DNA from: Moniliella sp. 'wahieum'
Lineage: Eukaryota
Length of the DNA stretch: 64,000 nucleotides
Assembly (NCBI GenBank): GCA_003971905.1
Contig: RSEE01000049.1
Span: 372,001 to 436,000 of the forward strand
Direction of reading: 5' to 3'
Every line of letters begins with the position of its first letter. Within the stretch, counting starts at the first letter, position 1. The position numbers were made by a program, and so were the translations under genes. Shown piece by piece: positions 1-11,908 of the stretch. The notes beneath the pieces were generated by a model, which saw only the letters and a list, made by a program, of their open reading frames with translations, had not been told where the DNA came from and did not search any database.

Positions 1-364
1 CTTTGCTTTGCTTGCTTTGCTTTGCTTTGCTTTGCTTTGCTTTGCTTTGCTTTGCTTTGCTTGCTTTGCTTTGCTTTGCTTGCTTTGCTTTGCTTTGCTT
101 GCTTTGCTTTGCTTTGCTTGTTTGCTTTGCTTTGCTTTTGCTTTGCTTTGCTTTGCTTGCTTGCTTTGCTTTGCTTTGCTTTGCTTTGCTTTGCTTGCTT
201 TGCTTTGCTTTGCTTGCTTTGCTTGTTGCTTTGCTTGCTTTTGCTTTGCTTGCTTTGCTTGCTTTGCTTTGCTTTGCTTTGCTTTGCTTTGCTTTGCTTT
301 GCTTTGCTTTGCTTTGCTTTGCTTTGCTTTGCTTTGCTTGCTTTGCTTTGCTTTGCTTTGCTTT
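1..364. repeat. (CTTTG)n pentanucleotide microsatellite with CTTG variant units, cut off by the window start
   Basis: Read directly: ctttgctttgcttgctttg... for about 360 bp. The L/C/F/A ORFs here are repeat artefacts. Confidence 0.97.
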
Positions 365-1598
365 GTTGGGAGTCGGCCGCGAATGGGGTAGGATTAGTAT
401 GGTGAGCAGAAGTAGAAGAAAGAGAAAGGAGAGGAACGCGCTCGCCCTGCTCCGGTCCTTGCGCACATAGTAGCCTATGGACGTGCTCGGCAAAAAAGGC
501 TGTCAGGCATCCCCCTCCCGGCCCCCAACGAGCTGACCGGGCAAGGGAACCTTTGTTTACTGTGCCCACTGGAAAGCACGCACGGTGAAGCAAGGTGCGG
601 TCGAACGTGCCGGTCGAAGCGAGGCGGGAAGGCGAGAAAGTGAGGGGGCGGGCGTGGGGAGGGGTAGCTGGCCTGATAAGCCATCGGCCATCGGCCATCG
701 ACCATCGCATTGCATCCACTGACATGAGCGCTAGTGAACATTTCACCTCCCTCGGCCTTTCGGCGTGCTGCCAGCTGTTGTTGGGTACGCTGGTGCGGCT
801 GTTACTAGTTACTAGTCCATACTGCTGTGCGTTTAAGCGCGCAGACACTGGGTGCTGCGGCAGGGTTTCATGCATAAAACGCACCCTCGGATCCCAAGCG
901 GATCATCGATCATCTCCATCATTGATTACGGATGCGACGGATCGATGACCCTGACATGGTCCAACGCCGCGCCCCCCAAGGAAGCGAGGGGGGAGTTAAA
1001 TCAACGCATAGCTCAAGCTTCAAGCGCGCCGATACTCGATACCCCCCCGCCCCAACAACAAAGGCGCCTCCCTGGATGCGTTTGAGGTTCTCCACACCGT
1101 CAGTACTGAATCTGAGTACGCACGCAGTACCCAGCACCGTCTGTGGCTTTGTTACATCCTGTAGCGGTGGCCGACGAGTGTGAAGCACATGAGCCCATCC
1201 TATCACACGGCCTCTGTTGTCTCCGTCGTGGGGGCCAAATAGGCCGAGTGTGGCCGAGGTCCCACGGGCGGCTATTAATAATGGCCCGGCACGGCGCCAG
1301 TGTGGCCTGCTGCTGTCCAGCTTCACGCGCACGCGTCACCCGTCACGCTTCACTGATCCTCTCGCCCAAGTGCCTTCCCACCCGCCATGCGCAAACTCGA
1401 CGATCACACATCACCCATTGCCATCCCCATCAGCGCTGGCTTGCACCGATCGCAGTGGACAACGTGGCTGGCTTCCCACTTCCCGCTTCCTGGTGCCCGC
1501 ACTGGGACATAAGTGTGGAAGCATTCAGATAGGCAGGTTTCTGCCGCCTTTCTTCCCCACCTCACCCGCAGGCCTCATCGACCTCATCCCCTCCCACC

Positions 1599-2142
1599 AT
1601 GGCTACCAAGATCTCTGCCGCGACGCTCGCTGAGCACAACAAGGCGTCGGACTGCTGGATGGCCATCAACGGCAAGGTGTACAATGTGACGGACTTTGTC
1701 GATGAGCACCCAGGGGGAGACGAGGTCCTCCTTGCTGAGGCTGGCAAGGACGCTACTGAGGCATTTGACGATGTGGGCCACTCGGACGATGCACGGCAAT
1801 TGCTTGTTCCGATGCTGGTTGGCGACCTGGAGGGGTGGCGGTACGTTGGTCCTTGGTCCTTGGTTCTTGACCCTTTTTCCCTCCCTGAAAACGGATTTTC
1901 TAATTTCTCTTGTTTGTTGTGCAGCTGTCCGGTCCCACACCCGAGGTCAAGACGGCTTCCAAGCAGGGCGGATCGTACGTTCTCCTCCCCCCTCTACCCA
2001 GCTCTTCTCCCAGCGTCATACTAACCTGCTTGGCACCTGCCCCCCTTCCACGCCCAGGAGCTCGGTGCTGATGTTCATTCCCATCGGTATCATGGTTGCG
2101 TACTATGGCTACCAATACTACCTTGGTCAGCAGGCCAAGTAG
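1599..2142 (+). CDS. CYB5: Cytochrome b5 with C-terminal membrane anchor, 2 introns (about 1841-1924 and 1975-2058)
   Basis: HNKASDCWMAINGKVYNVTDFVDEHPGGDEVLLAEAGKDATEAFDDVGHSDDAR contains the HPGG and GHS haem ligands. GTACGT donors and CAG acceptors are present. Tail anchor VLMFIPIGIMVAYYGYQYY. Confidence 0.95.
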
Positions 2143-3872
2143 ACGGATGTGCTGTGCACGTTCACGTTCTACTTGGCTGGTTTGCATGCATGTCCGCTTT
2201 TTCTGTTCCTCTGGCTTGTACACATTAGCCGCTTTCTCATATCCGGGCAGTTGGCTGATAGATAGTGTCTAGTGACAGTCGATAGGGCGAGCGAGCGACG
2301 ACAGAGGGGAGACGAGGAAGTCCTGTGGAGCATGTGCATGGCGCGTGAGGTCACCGAGGTCATCGAGATCACTAGCTACTCGCAAGGACACCGGTCCTGC
2401 TGCCATATCGGTCCGCCCAGGCGCGTTATCTTGGCTCGATAATCTTTCGAGAGCCGCTAACTGTAGCACAGCCATTGCGCTCTTACGCGCTACCTCTTCG
2501 GAAGATTTTAATTTTGGTCACGCGGTCCTCTGGCTTTCCCTCGGCCTAAACCCGTCTAGCAAGGGCAATGCCAATTGCTTTCCAATCCTAACTTGAATCA
2601 ACTTTTGAAGCATGAAGCTTGAAGGGAGCATGCATAAAGTCAGTAGTGCATGCGAACAAGGTCAGGCGGTCAGGAGGATGCGAAACGCTTCGGCTAGACC
2701 CGACCTCGCTCTTCTTCCTCCGGCGTTTTGGTTCTCCATTCACGACGCCCATAATATGATCCATCAATCCTTCACCATGCATCAGAAAAAGACGCAAAAG
2801 TTTTCTGCGTACACGGGGCGCAGTCACTACAGCAATTGCACTCTTCTCACTAGCTGCAGATACGAAGCTTATCAAGCCGGGACCCACGCGCCCGGAAATC
2901 CAAAGGAGGGGAAGCTGCGTGCCGTGTCAAAAAAGGAACGAGGCCGTCACATAACAAAAAACAACTAAAACAAAACAGAACAAAAAAGAGTAGCTACCGT
3001 CGGTCTTGATCCGACGACCTGGGTCACACGACAATTTATGAGCCCACCGCTCTTCCGCCTGAGCTAGGTAGCTGCTTACCTTATCTACCACCGCTGAACA
3101 TTTAATGTACGTTGAATATTGGATCCTCATCAGTATCTTGGTACACGTTCTTCTTTAAAGCCCAAACAACCATACCATGGCTCCTAACCACTGCGGTCTT
3201 CCTTCTTCCTTGTTCAATCACTCTTCATTGTTTTATTCTGGGCTGGTTGGTCTTGGAATCCAACGCTGCCTGTGGAATAGGTGATGTTCACGGTACGATG
3301 GACTATTAGGCCCTAGGTTTAGGTGAGCCTCGCAGGCCAACGCGCCTGCCATTCTACCCAGACCAGGCGCTGCATCGGCATCGACCGACGAACGTCGATG
3401 CACGTCGAACTGGAACGTTGACAGAACATAATGGTAGGATCAAAATCAACCCCGCGTGGAGGTGGAGGTATAGAGGTGGAAGTAGAGGTGGAGGTGGAGA
3501 GAAAAGAGAAAAGACTGGGTCTCTCCATCCTGGACAGGGATCGTCACGCTGTGATAGGCTATAGGAGGCTGTGGGAGCATGTGGCCAAAGCGGCCAACGG
3601 GGAGGGGAAGCGAAAAGAAGAGAGGAGAGAAGAGAAGAGAAGAAAGGCAGGAACCGCAACAGGAAGAAAGCAAGCGAAAACTATACATACGTGTGATGGG
3701 GGATAAAAAGGAATGTGAATGGCCTTGGGAGACGAAGGCATAGGATACGATGGGCAGGGGAGGGAAAGTGAGTTGTGGGAGGTAGGGGGGGAGGCAGCGG
3801 GGCAAAGGGGGGGTGGCAAAAGGAAAGCGTAAAGAAAGACATCAAGAATCGACGCTCCCGCGAAGGTATATA

Positions 3873-5888
3873 TCAAACGGGGGAAGGGGAACGGGAGAGT
3901 CGGGAGGGAGGGGGGCGGGGGGGGATATTACGATGCTGGCACTCGCTTGGATACCCGGGTAAAGCGCCGGAGCAGACGCGAAAGGCCCTTGGGCGAGCTG
4001 GGTTCGGGCCGTGCGGAAATCGTGTGGATGTCGCAGCGGGCGCCGAGGTGGTACGCTTCCTGTCCTCTGCTGATGGGGCCGGGGCTGGCGCGGACGCAGG
4101 CTCAGGAGCAGGAGCAGGAGCAGGAGGGAGCAGGAGCAGGGTCAGCAGCAGGCGCAAGGGGGAGGGAGGAAGGCGTCTTGCGCAGCGTGTCCGACTCGGG
4201 TTGGACGATAAGGGTTTGAGTGTCTTCCGTAGGCAGCTTGGGTAGTACATTGGTCTCTGCCGCGGTGGCGGAGGTAGATGGGGACGGGAGGTCCGTAGCA
4301 GAGGACTGTTCCTCTTCCGCAGCCGTCTTGGATACGGCAGAAGGAAGCACACTGGGAACGGGGTGCGAACGCGGATCCGTACCTCGTTTCGTGGCTGTAT
4401 GCTGCTCGGTCTCTTGGCGCACAGGCTCGTTGAGCCCAGCCGACACGTCAGTCATGGGCGTCACAGCTCCCTCCAACTCCGACATGGCATGGGACGGCGT
4501 CTGGGACGAAACGGAAGATTGTTGCGATGGGACAGCGACAACGGGGACGACAGCCGGGGGATCCAGTGCGTTGCCAGGCCCAGCAACCTCGGTGGTGGAT
4601 GACGGGAGTTCGGGCTGGTCCGATGGGAGGGATAGCTCGGCTTGGTCAGTGGCCTTGCGCATTCCGAACAAGGAGCGTCGCTTGGCCTTGCTCAGCGAGA
4701 CGGTGGAACGGTTGATGAGCTGGTGCAGACCGCCACTGACGGGGGAAGAAGCAGAGGCCGACATGCTGGCAGGTGACAAGGCCAGCGTATCCTGCAAATT
4801 GCCCTGGCTGGCGGAGGGAGAGACGAGGCGGGATCCCGGTCGCGAGCCAGCGCGCGAGCCGGCTAAAGAAGTGGTGCGCGACTTGCTAAATGGGGTGGAC
4901 CATCCACTTCGTTTAGGCGGTACAGCCACGGCCGCTTCAGCCTCTGGATCATGCAACGTCATGCTCATCACGGCCCGACGAATTTGCCCCCGCTCGGTGG
5001 CGGATACTTGTTCCCGTCCCAACGGCGACGGTTGGCCCATCGACCTCGTCCGCGGCTTGCTCGGCACCGCACTTTCCCGCACCAGGGTAGACCATAGTCC
5101 ACGCCTTCGGGCAGGACCGGATCGAGCGGAAGACGACGCGTCCCAGTGAAGGGTACGGCCCTTCCCCCCAGACACTCATCAGTTCGGAACTTGCGTACGC
5201 CGATCGGGCAGGGGAAGAGCGCGTGGCGCGGGGCAGAGCCAGCGCTGCGATGCGACACTCCGTCGAGGCTGAGCGTGTCGGCGGCTTCGGGAACGGAAGT
5301 ACTGGGACGGGAAAAGACAGCTTGCGGAGGAGGTAGATCGGGTGAGAGCGGAGAGATGGCTCGGGACGAGCCAGGTCGACTGGGCACAGACAAAGGTACG
5401 TGCAAGCTGCCCTGGCTCGTGTGGGCGAGGGGGCGGTACTGCCTAACCTGCTGGGCGGGGCGGGCGCGTATGCGCCGACGGAAGCAGGAGCGTGCATCCG
5501 CTGCGCTTGCGCTGCCTCCCACGTCTGTTCAGCGGCTAACTCACTGGCCAGCAGGTCCAATTGCCGCGTATCTGCGAACCGTCGACGATGGGGAGTCGTC
5601 GTGCCGGGGTGGCCTGTTTCGGACGGATACTGGTCCGGTGGCAAGGGAAGACCATCGTCTTGCACGGGCATTGGCATCTCCTCGACAACAGGCCGATGGC
5701 CTGGGAGACTCTGTTGGCTTTCTCCTTGGTGCGCTCCGTCGACGCTGCGCCCGTCTTGGACCCAAACATGCCAGCGAGGAAACTGTGGCGTCGGCGGGGG
5801 GCGGCGGGTGTCCAGACGAGCCGTCGGTTGCGCCGGAGAGGGGGGGGCAAGGACTGGTACTGCTGGTACTGCTCGTGGCTGGTGGCAT
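3873..5888 (-). CDS. Hypothetical Ser/Pro-rich, probably disordered protein (frameshifted, ends uncertain)
   Basis: Overlapping long minus-strand ORFs (4949-5911, 4102-5175, 3873-4352) with protein-like composition such as SRAGSRPGSRLVSP and KAKRRSLFG. No recognisable domain. Confidence 0.5.
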
Positions 5889-7836
5889 GGCAGCGAGCTT
5901 GTCGGCGTCACGGGGGGCGAGGGGAGCCCTGCGTCGGCTGGGACGCCGGTGCGGGGCTGGGGGAGGGGGAGGGGGCAGGGTTAGGGGCTAGCATGGCGCT
6001 GTCAACCCGGGGGGTGGCCGCTTGAGCTTGAGCTGGGTTTGGCTTGGGCGTGGGCTTGGTCCGTACAGGGCGGAGTGAGGGCCAAGGCTTGAAGCTTAGA
6101 TGGCACGGCTGCGATCGATGGGCGATGGCGGGGGGAGAGGGTGGGGGGCGAAGGATGTGGGGCTGGGTTTTGAAGCGGCTAGCCTGGGAGGAGCGGACGC
6201 TGGGCAGACAGCAGTGATAGCCCCGAGGGCAGCAGGCGCTGCACGGGGCAGGTGGCGAAGGGGCGCAAAGGGATACGGGGGGGAGTGTGCCCGTGTGCCG
6301 GGGCCGTACTGAGTACACTGAGAACCGAGTATGGAGTACAGCCAGTACCCAGGACAGATCTGCGGGCGATCGCGTGTCTGTGCTGGGCGGTGCTGTGTGG
6401 TGCGGGAGCCCGCAGCGCAGCGCAGACCAAACCAAACGGCACGATGCGAAACGAAACGAAACGCAAAATGCGATGCGGGCGAGCTAACGAGAGAGCGCGA
6501 GGGCGGCCCAGCTGTCATGCCGGGCTGTGCGGCGCGGTGCTTTGCTGTGGCGGCGGCGGCGAGGAGGGGGGAGAGCGGGAGGAGGAGGGGCGGGCGATGA
6601 TCGATGATGGATGACCGATGATAATGACCACCCACTGTGTTCCTGCCGGCGGGCCACCCGCCATGCCGCATGCCCTCGCAGGCGCCCCCTTGAGGCGCCC
6701 GGTGGATGCTGCCTGCCCGCCGCACCAGGCCGCAGGAGCGGCTGGACGGCGCACGTTGAGACAGAGCCCAAGGCTGGAACGGCGCGACGCACAATGCGTG
6801 CCCCCGTGCCCCCCTGTCCCCCGCAGCACAGCAGCCGCTGCAGCGATCTGGCAGACTGCCTCCGTGCAGCTGCATTGGCCCGAGGCCCATGCCTGATTAA
6901 ATACAGCAGTTCAATCTTCGTATTCATCAAGCTTCGAGCATCAAGCGAGTATACCGCGGCTGCTGGCTGTCGCTGGCCTCGGCCACCATGCATTCATGCA
7001 TCATGCGTCATGCGTCATTACATCATGTCTCCGCCTCTCTGATGCAGAGCTATATCGCTACTGCGACCATGCTCCTTCCCCCACACGGCCCACCAGTGAC
7101 GGACAGGGGGAGCGACGCTTCGTCAAACTCGGTATCACCCAGTACCTAAGTAACGCCTCTATAGAACGCGTAACGTAATTAGTAACTGCAGTAATATAAA
7201 CGTTCCTCCGCATCCGCCATATCTCGCGCGTAATCGCAATCATCTGCATCCAATCAGGAAAACCATTAATCAAGTCTCTCTCCACATGCTTTTCAAGCAC
7301 CAGAGAGGGAGAGAAGAGGGGGGACAGGAGGGGACAGGTGTGCCAAAAGTAACTTCTGCCGCCGTGGATAATGCATGTAACCCCCGAGTCCCGATGATGT
7401 GTGGACCTGACAGAGGATGCTGCGGAACGAGAGATGCTGGATTCGATTGCGTGAATCAAACTGGGAAGCAACGCGCAGTGCACGGTGGGGCCTCAGAGTC
7501 AGCGCTCCACGCTACGAGGCCACAGCGCCCCTCAGCTGAGGGCTGAGGCTCAGCAGCGCGCCCAGTACGGTGGAGTGTTGTCGCTCCACAATGAAGACTT
7601 CTGACACCGTGGGCGTTTTTGCGTTCCGTCCTATCGAGAACCGGCTCTGATTCAAACACCTGTGGGGAGAGAAAGAGGGTACAAAAAAGAGGCATGCCAT
7701 CCACGACAGAGATAGCATCGGGATAATCGATAAGATCGATAAGACGCAGAGAGAGTAGCAACAAAAGCTATTACAATCTCCTGTATCTTCCCCGGGCCCT
7801 CCTATTCCAAAACCGACATCTGGCAACTAAACCAAC

Positions 7837-7879
7837 ACCCCCCCCCCCCCCACCCCCCCCCCCCCCCCCCCCCCCCCCC
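7837..7879. repeat. Poly-C tract of about 40 nt
   Basis: Read directly. Confidence 0.9.
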
Positions 7880-9152
7880 ACATACACGCACACAGGCCTC
7901 CAACCGCGCCAAATGACAGCGTACTAGATCCGAGATATGGTATCGGATTATCCAAGAACAGCCCCAAGAGGCAAGAGGTCTGCTGAGGTGTGGCCAGTGC
8001 CGTTATGGCTCGAAGCGTTTCTCTTACATGTGACCTGTTACCAGAAGTGTGCCAAGGTTTTACCCTTGAAGATCTTGCCAGTCTCGACGTTCAATGTACA
8101 TTTTCACGGTCCACAGCACCGGAACTATGTGGTATTGATTCAGTTGTCGGATACTTCAGTACGTGGTAACGTTTAACTATAGTATAGAGACTAGTGACTA
8201 GGACTAGTGAACGTACGTTGAACTCAGTAGTTAGGAGTATATACTCAGTTACTAGTTACTATAGTTACTATCTACTACAAAATTGACTATGGTCCCCGGG
8301 TTACTCATTGACAGAGAGGGTATCCACAATCGATTCCCCCGTGTCGATCTAGGTGTTCAAGCTGAACGTTATGAACGTTGAGCATGACAATATCCCCACA
8401 GGGGATCACTCTGTGATCTGCTGTGACCATGTGACTGGTGCCCCGGCCTGGGCGCTGTTTCCCCATTTTCCCCACACGCAACAACTCGGAATATACCATT
8501 CTTTTTCTTTTTGAATCGGGTCTTGGCGCGATTGTGCACCGTGCCGGCTTCAGGTGTCGGGCTTCAATGATTAATGACCGTTGAACGTTGACCGGCCTGA
8601 GCCTGACCTCAGGCCTCATAACGGCCTTGTTCATGTGTCGGCGAACGACGGTGGATGTAGATTGAGGGCGCAAAGAACGGGGCCCCTCAAGCTCAGGGGG
8701 CACCAGGAGCGCAACTACGGTTGGTGCTGGGGTGGGACCTGGCCTGTCTGGGCCTGCTTTGGCCCACGCAAGTCAGCTGCCATGTGTTCCGCCCTGGCGG
8801 CGCGCAAGCATTCCGCTCGGCACGCCCGCTGCAACCGGCACGGCGCATTGGTTAGTGGCTGCGCTACGTAAGCGGAGCGGGCTGCAGGGGGCGGGCATGC
8901 AAGGTTGCACCCGCAAGCGACGGCGATCGCTCTGGCTTGACAGGCGTGGCACCGCGGGCGTGGTGCATGGTGCGTGGTGCATGACGCGTAACGCGTGACG
9001 ACGAGCGAGCAGCCAGGCCGGGCGCAGGCTGCCCCGTACCTGCCTGCACCTGCACCACCTGCACTTCCAGCATTAGAGCGCCTCCACCTCCTCCCGCTGC
9101 CATCGTAGCCCCGCAGGCCTCCTCCTCCTCCCTCTCCTTGGGCCACCCCACC

Positions 9153-10583
9153 ATGCTCCCCGCTGCCCCAGGCTCCTTCCTGGTCATTGTCGGCGCTGCT
9201 ATCCTCGCCGTCGTCACCTGCAGCACCCCCATCATCAAGAAACTCAGCTTCCTCACCGTCGACTTGTCTGCCGTCCAGATCAGCGGCCACTCGCTCCAGG
9301 GCGAGGCCTCGTTTGGATGCCTGGGATACTGCGTCGCCTCCTACTGCTCTCCCGCCAAGTTGGGCTACACATTGACCTTAGCCACATCCTCTCCCAGCTC
9401 GGCGCTGGCTCCGATGCTGGCTCCGCTGGCGACAAGCTTTCGTCCGGCATCCTCAAGGGCTTAACCTACACCATGGTTCTCCACCCTATTGGCGCCGGCA
9501 TTGCGGCTGCTGCCGGTTTGTTTGGACTGCTTTCCATGTGTGATGGCTGTCTCTCCCCCTGCTCAGCGGAGTGTTGACTGGCATTGCCTCCACTGTTGCT
9601 GGCCTCGCATTTGCCTTTGACTTGGCCACCTTTCTCATCCTCAAGAGCCGCCTTAAGGATGTGGACAAATCTCTGAATCCCAAGCTAGGATCGGCCCTCT
9701 GGGTAACCCTGGCGGATGGATCGTGATTCTGCTGGGGTCCTGTGGACTGGGCGCCGGGTTGTGTCGGGCACGGCGGTACTATGCCGATCGGCATCGCCAA
9801 CGCGCCGACGATATCTCCGGTGGAGCCAACGCGACGCCCTATGGGCAGGGCATGCCTCTTGGCCGTGTTTCCTCCTCCCCTCCCGAGGTGGCAAGGGGCT
9901 GTGGCACAAGCGCGACGACGCGTCGTCGGACGAGGTGGTGATGGCCACCCCAAGTACCCTGACTTTTCCACAAGGGAAGACGAAGGTTTGCTCAAGTTGG
10001 ACCACGATGAATTTGCCACAACCGATAGCCTTGCTCATCTCAAACGCCTACCCCCAGGGCCGGTACCCGCTGGTCATGCGGTAGCACCAGCGGGAGGGTA
10101 TGGCGATCCGTACGCTACCCCCGCCGGACCTTATGCGCAGGCGTACACCTACCCGGCCACAGGGTATGCGCAGCACGACGCAGGGTATGAACCGCACGAC
10201 GCGGGGTACGCGACTGCAGGGTACGGGTACGCCCAGCCCACAGCTGGGTATGGGGATGGGACAGGTTCGCCCAGCCCTATGTCCCGACACAGGAACCTGC
10301 GTACGAGTTCCAAGCCTACCCGGACCCGAGTGGTGTCGCCACACGCACGGTATGGCCGCGCCTGTCCCTGCTTCCACCGTTGCTATGGAACCAGCCAACG
10401 TGTACTCCTCGTCCTACTACGGCGCGCCACTGCCTCGACGTCGGCGCCTCCTGTACCCTCCATTCCTACTGACCATACCTGGGGAGAAGCCTATGCCCAC
10501 CCCAGCCACGACGCCGTTCGCTCCGATGCACTCCCCTCCACCCTCCCACCGAGTACGATGCAAGGTACTTCCCGTCCCATTAG
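9153..10583 (+). CDS. PalI/Rim9 (SUR7/PalI family) membrane protein with a long Tyr/Pro/Gly-rich cytosolic tail
   Basis: N-terminal TM segment then TCSTPIIKKLSFL, the family motif FGCLGYC...CSPAKLGY, and LTYTMVLHPIGAGIA, plus further TM segments. Several frameshifts; 3' end approximate. Confidence 0.8.
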
Positions 10584-10814
10584 CTCCCTACTTGATCAGG
10601 GCGCTCGTGTTGTCTCGAACTTGAGTCCGAATGCGGCTCCCTCGGGCTTGCTCCCATATATCCAGCTGCGTCCCCCCCCCCTCCTACCCTCCTGCCCCCT
10701 GCCCTCCCTCCGCGCATTGTCCCCGCCGTTCTGTATTCAGGTGTGCCCCTGCTTGTATTTCTGGTGCGAGGGAAAACTTGTAACGAACTTTTGTTTTACT
10801 TGCCATCTTGGGCG

Positions 10815-11663
10815 TTGAGTTGACCGAGTAGGTTGGGCTGTAGCTCCTGTGCCCTATGGAGAGAGACGTTCCGAGAGGCGTTAGCACGTAGCGGGGCTGA
10901 TAGAGCAAGTGGAACGCACTGCCACCCAATCCCACGCCAAGTGCGATGCCCACGACACATTGGGCCAACGTATGCCGTTTTTGTCTTACCCTTGCCCGAC
11001 CATGGCGAGTGGCAGAAGCAGGAGCAGCGCTTGGCCTACCCGAATCAGGTACACCATTCCTCCCACACGCATCGCCTCGGCCAATGCACCTTCCTGCACG
11101 CCCAGCGCACGGTCGAACCAGCACAGCCCATAGCTCGTTGCGAATCCTGTGACGCTGGGTCGGGAACGAGGGGAAGAGGCAAAGGGGCAAAGGGGCAAAG
11201 GGGCAAAGGGGCAAAGGGGCAAAGGGGGGAATGGTTACCAGGTGCAACACAAGACGACCATGAAGATGACCATGAAGATGAAGATAGAGATGACGAGGGG
11301 GAGGAAGGCGGGGGGGGGTAGGAGGAGGGAGAGGGAGGAGGGAGGAGGGAGGGGGAGGAGGGAGGAGGGAGGAGGAGGAGGGAGGAGGGAGGAGGGAGGA
11401 GGGAGGAGGGAGGAGGGAGGAGACGCAGAGAGTACCAGCAATGCTACTGGGCATGCCATGGGGGGACTTGGCCTTGGGTTGGGTTCGTTTCCATCCCAAT
11501 GCGCCGTATTGCGACATGGTCTGCTCGGGGGGACGAGGCTGTTTGATGATGTTTCAGGCCGCGCGCCACGTACGCACTCGCAAGCGATAAGCACAACCCC
11601 AGCACAAGAAGTGGTGCTTCCTGTTGCAGCGCAGTCCACAGCACAGGCCACGGTCCCGCCATG
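10815..11663 (-). CDS. PAP2-family lipid phosphate phosphatase, dolichyl-pyrophosphate phosphatase (CAX4/DOLPP1)-like
   Basis: After correcting a 1-nt slip near 11550: LKHIIKQPRP (C1), GMPSS (C2, His obscured by an indel) and RVRQKRHTLAQCVVG (C3), with flanking hydrophobic helices. Confidence 0.7.
11175..11420. repeat. Purine-rich tandem repeats: (GGGGCAAA)n, (GATGAC/GATGAA)n and (GGAGGAG/GGAG)n, inside the PAP2 gene
   Basis: Read directly: about 6 copies of aaaggggc at 11179-11229, and a ggaggag array at about 11320-11420. Confidence 0.85.
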
Positions 11664-11908
11664 ACACTGGAGTTCAAGCGCAAGCGCAACGTCGGCGTCG
11701 TCGGGCGTAGAGTAGAAATGCGGTGGTGGGAAACAGGAGATCCGAGTCCAGATCTTTTGGCTTGAAGATTGGATATTGGAGAGCCGGCGCAAAATCCGAC
11801 AGAAATTCAATCGCCCCGCTTTGAGCGATCGACGATCCACCACACCAGATCGCGGCTTCCAGTCGTTAGCTCCACCTTCTGCTCCAGGTTCTGTTCCAGC
11901 TCCTGCTC

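Noticed and set aside
3..470. Cys/Leu/Phe/Ala-rich ORFs in three frames
   Set aside because: They are translations of the stop-free (CTTTG)n repeat.
6096..7483. Many overlapping 90-260 aa ORFs on both strands
   Set aside because: Arg/Pro/Ala-rich with no domain motifs, which is expected by chance at this GC content. The region is more likely upstream regulatory DNA.
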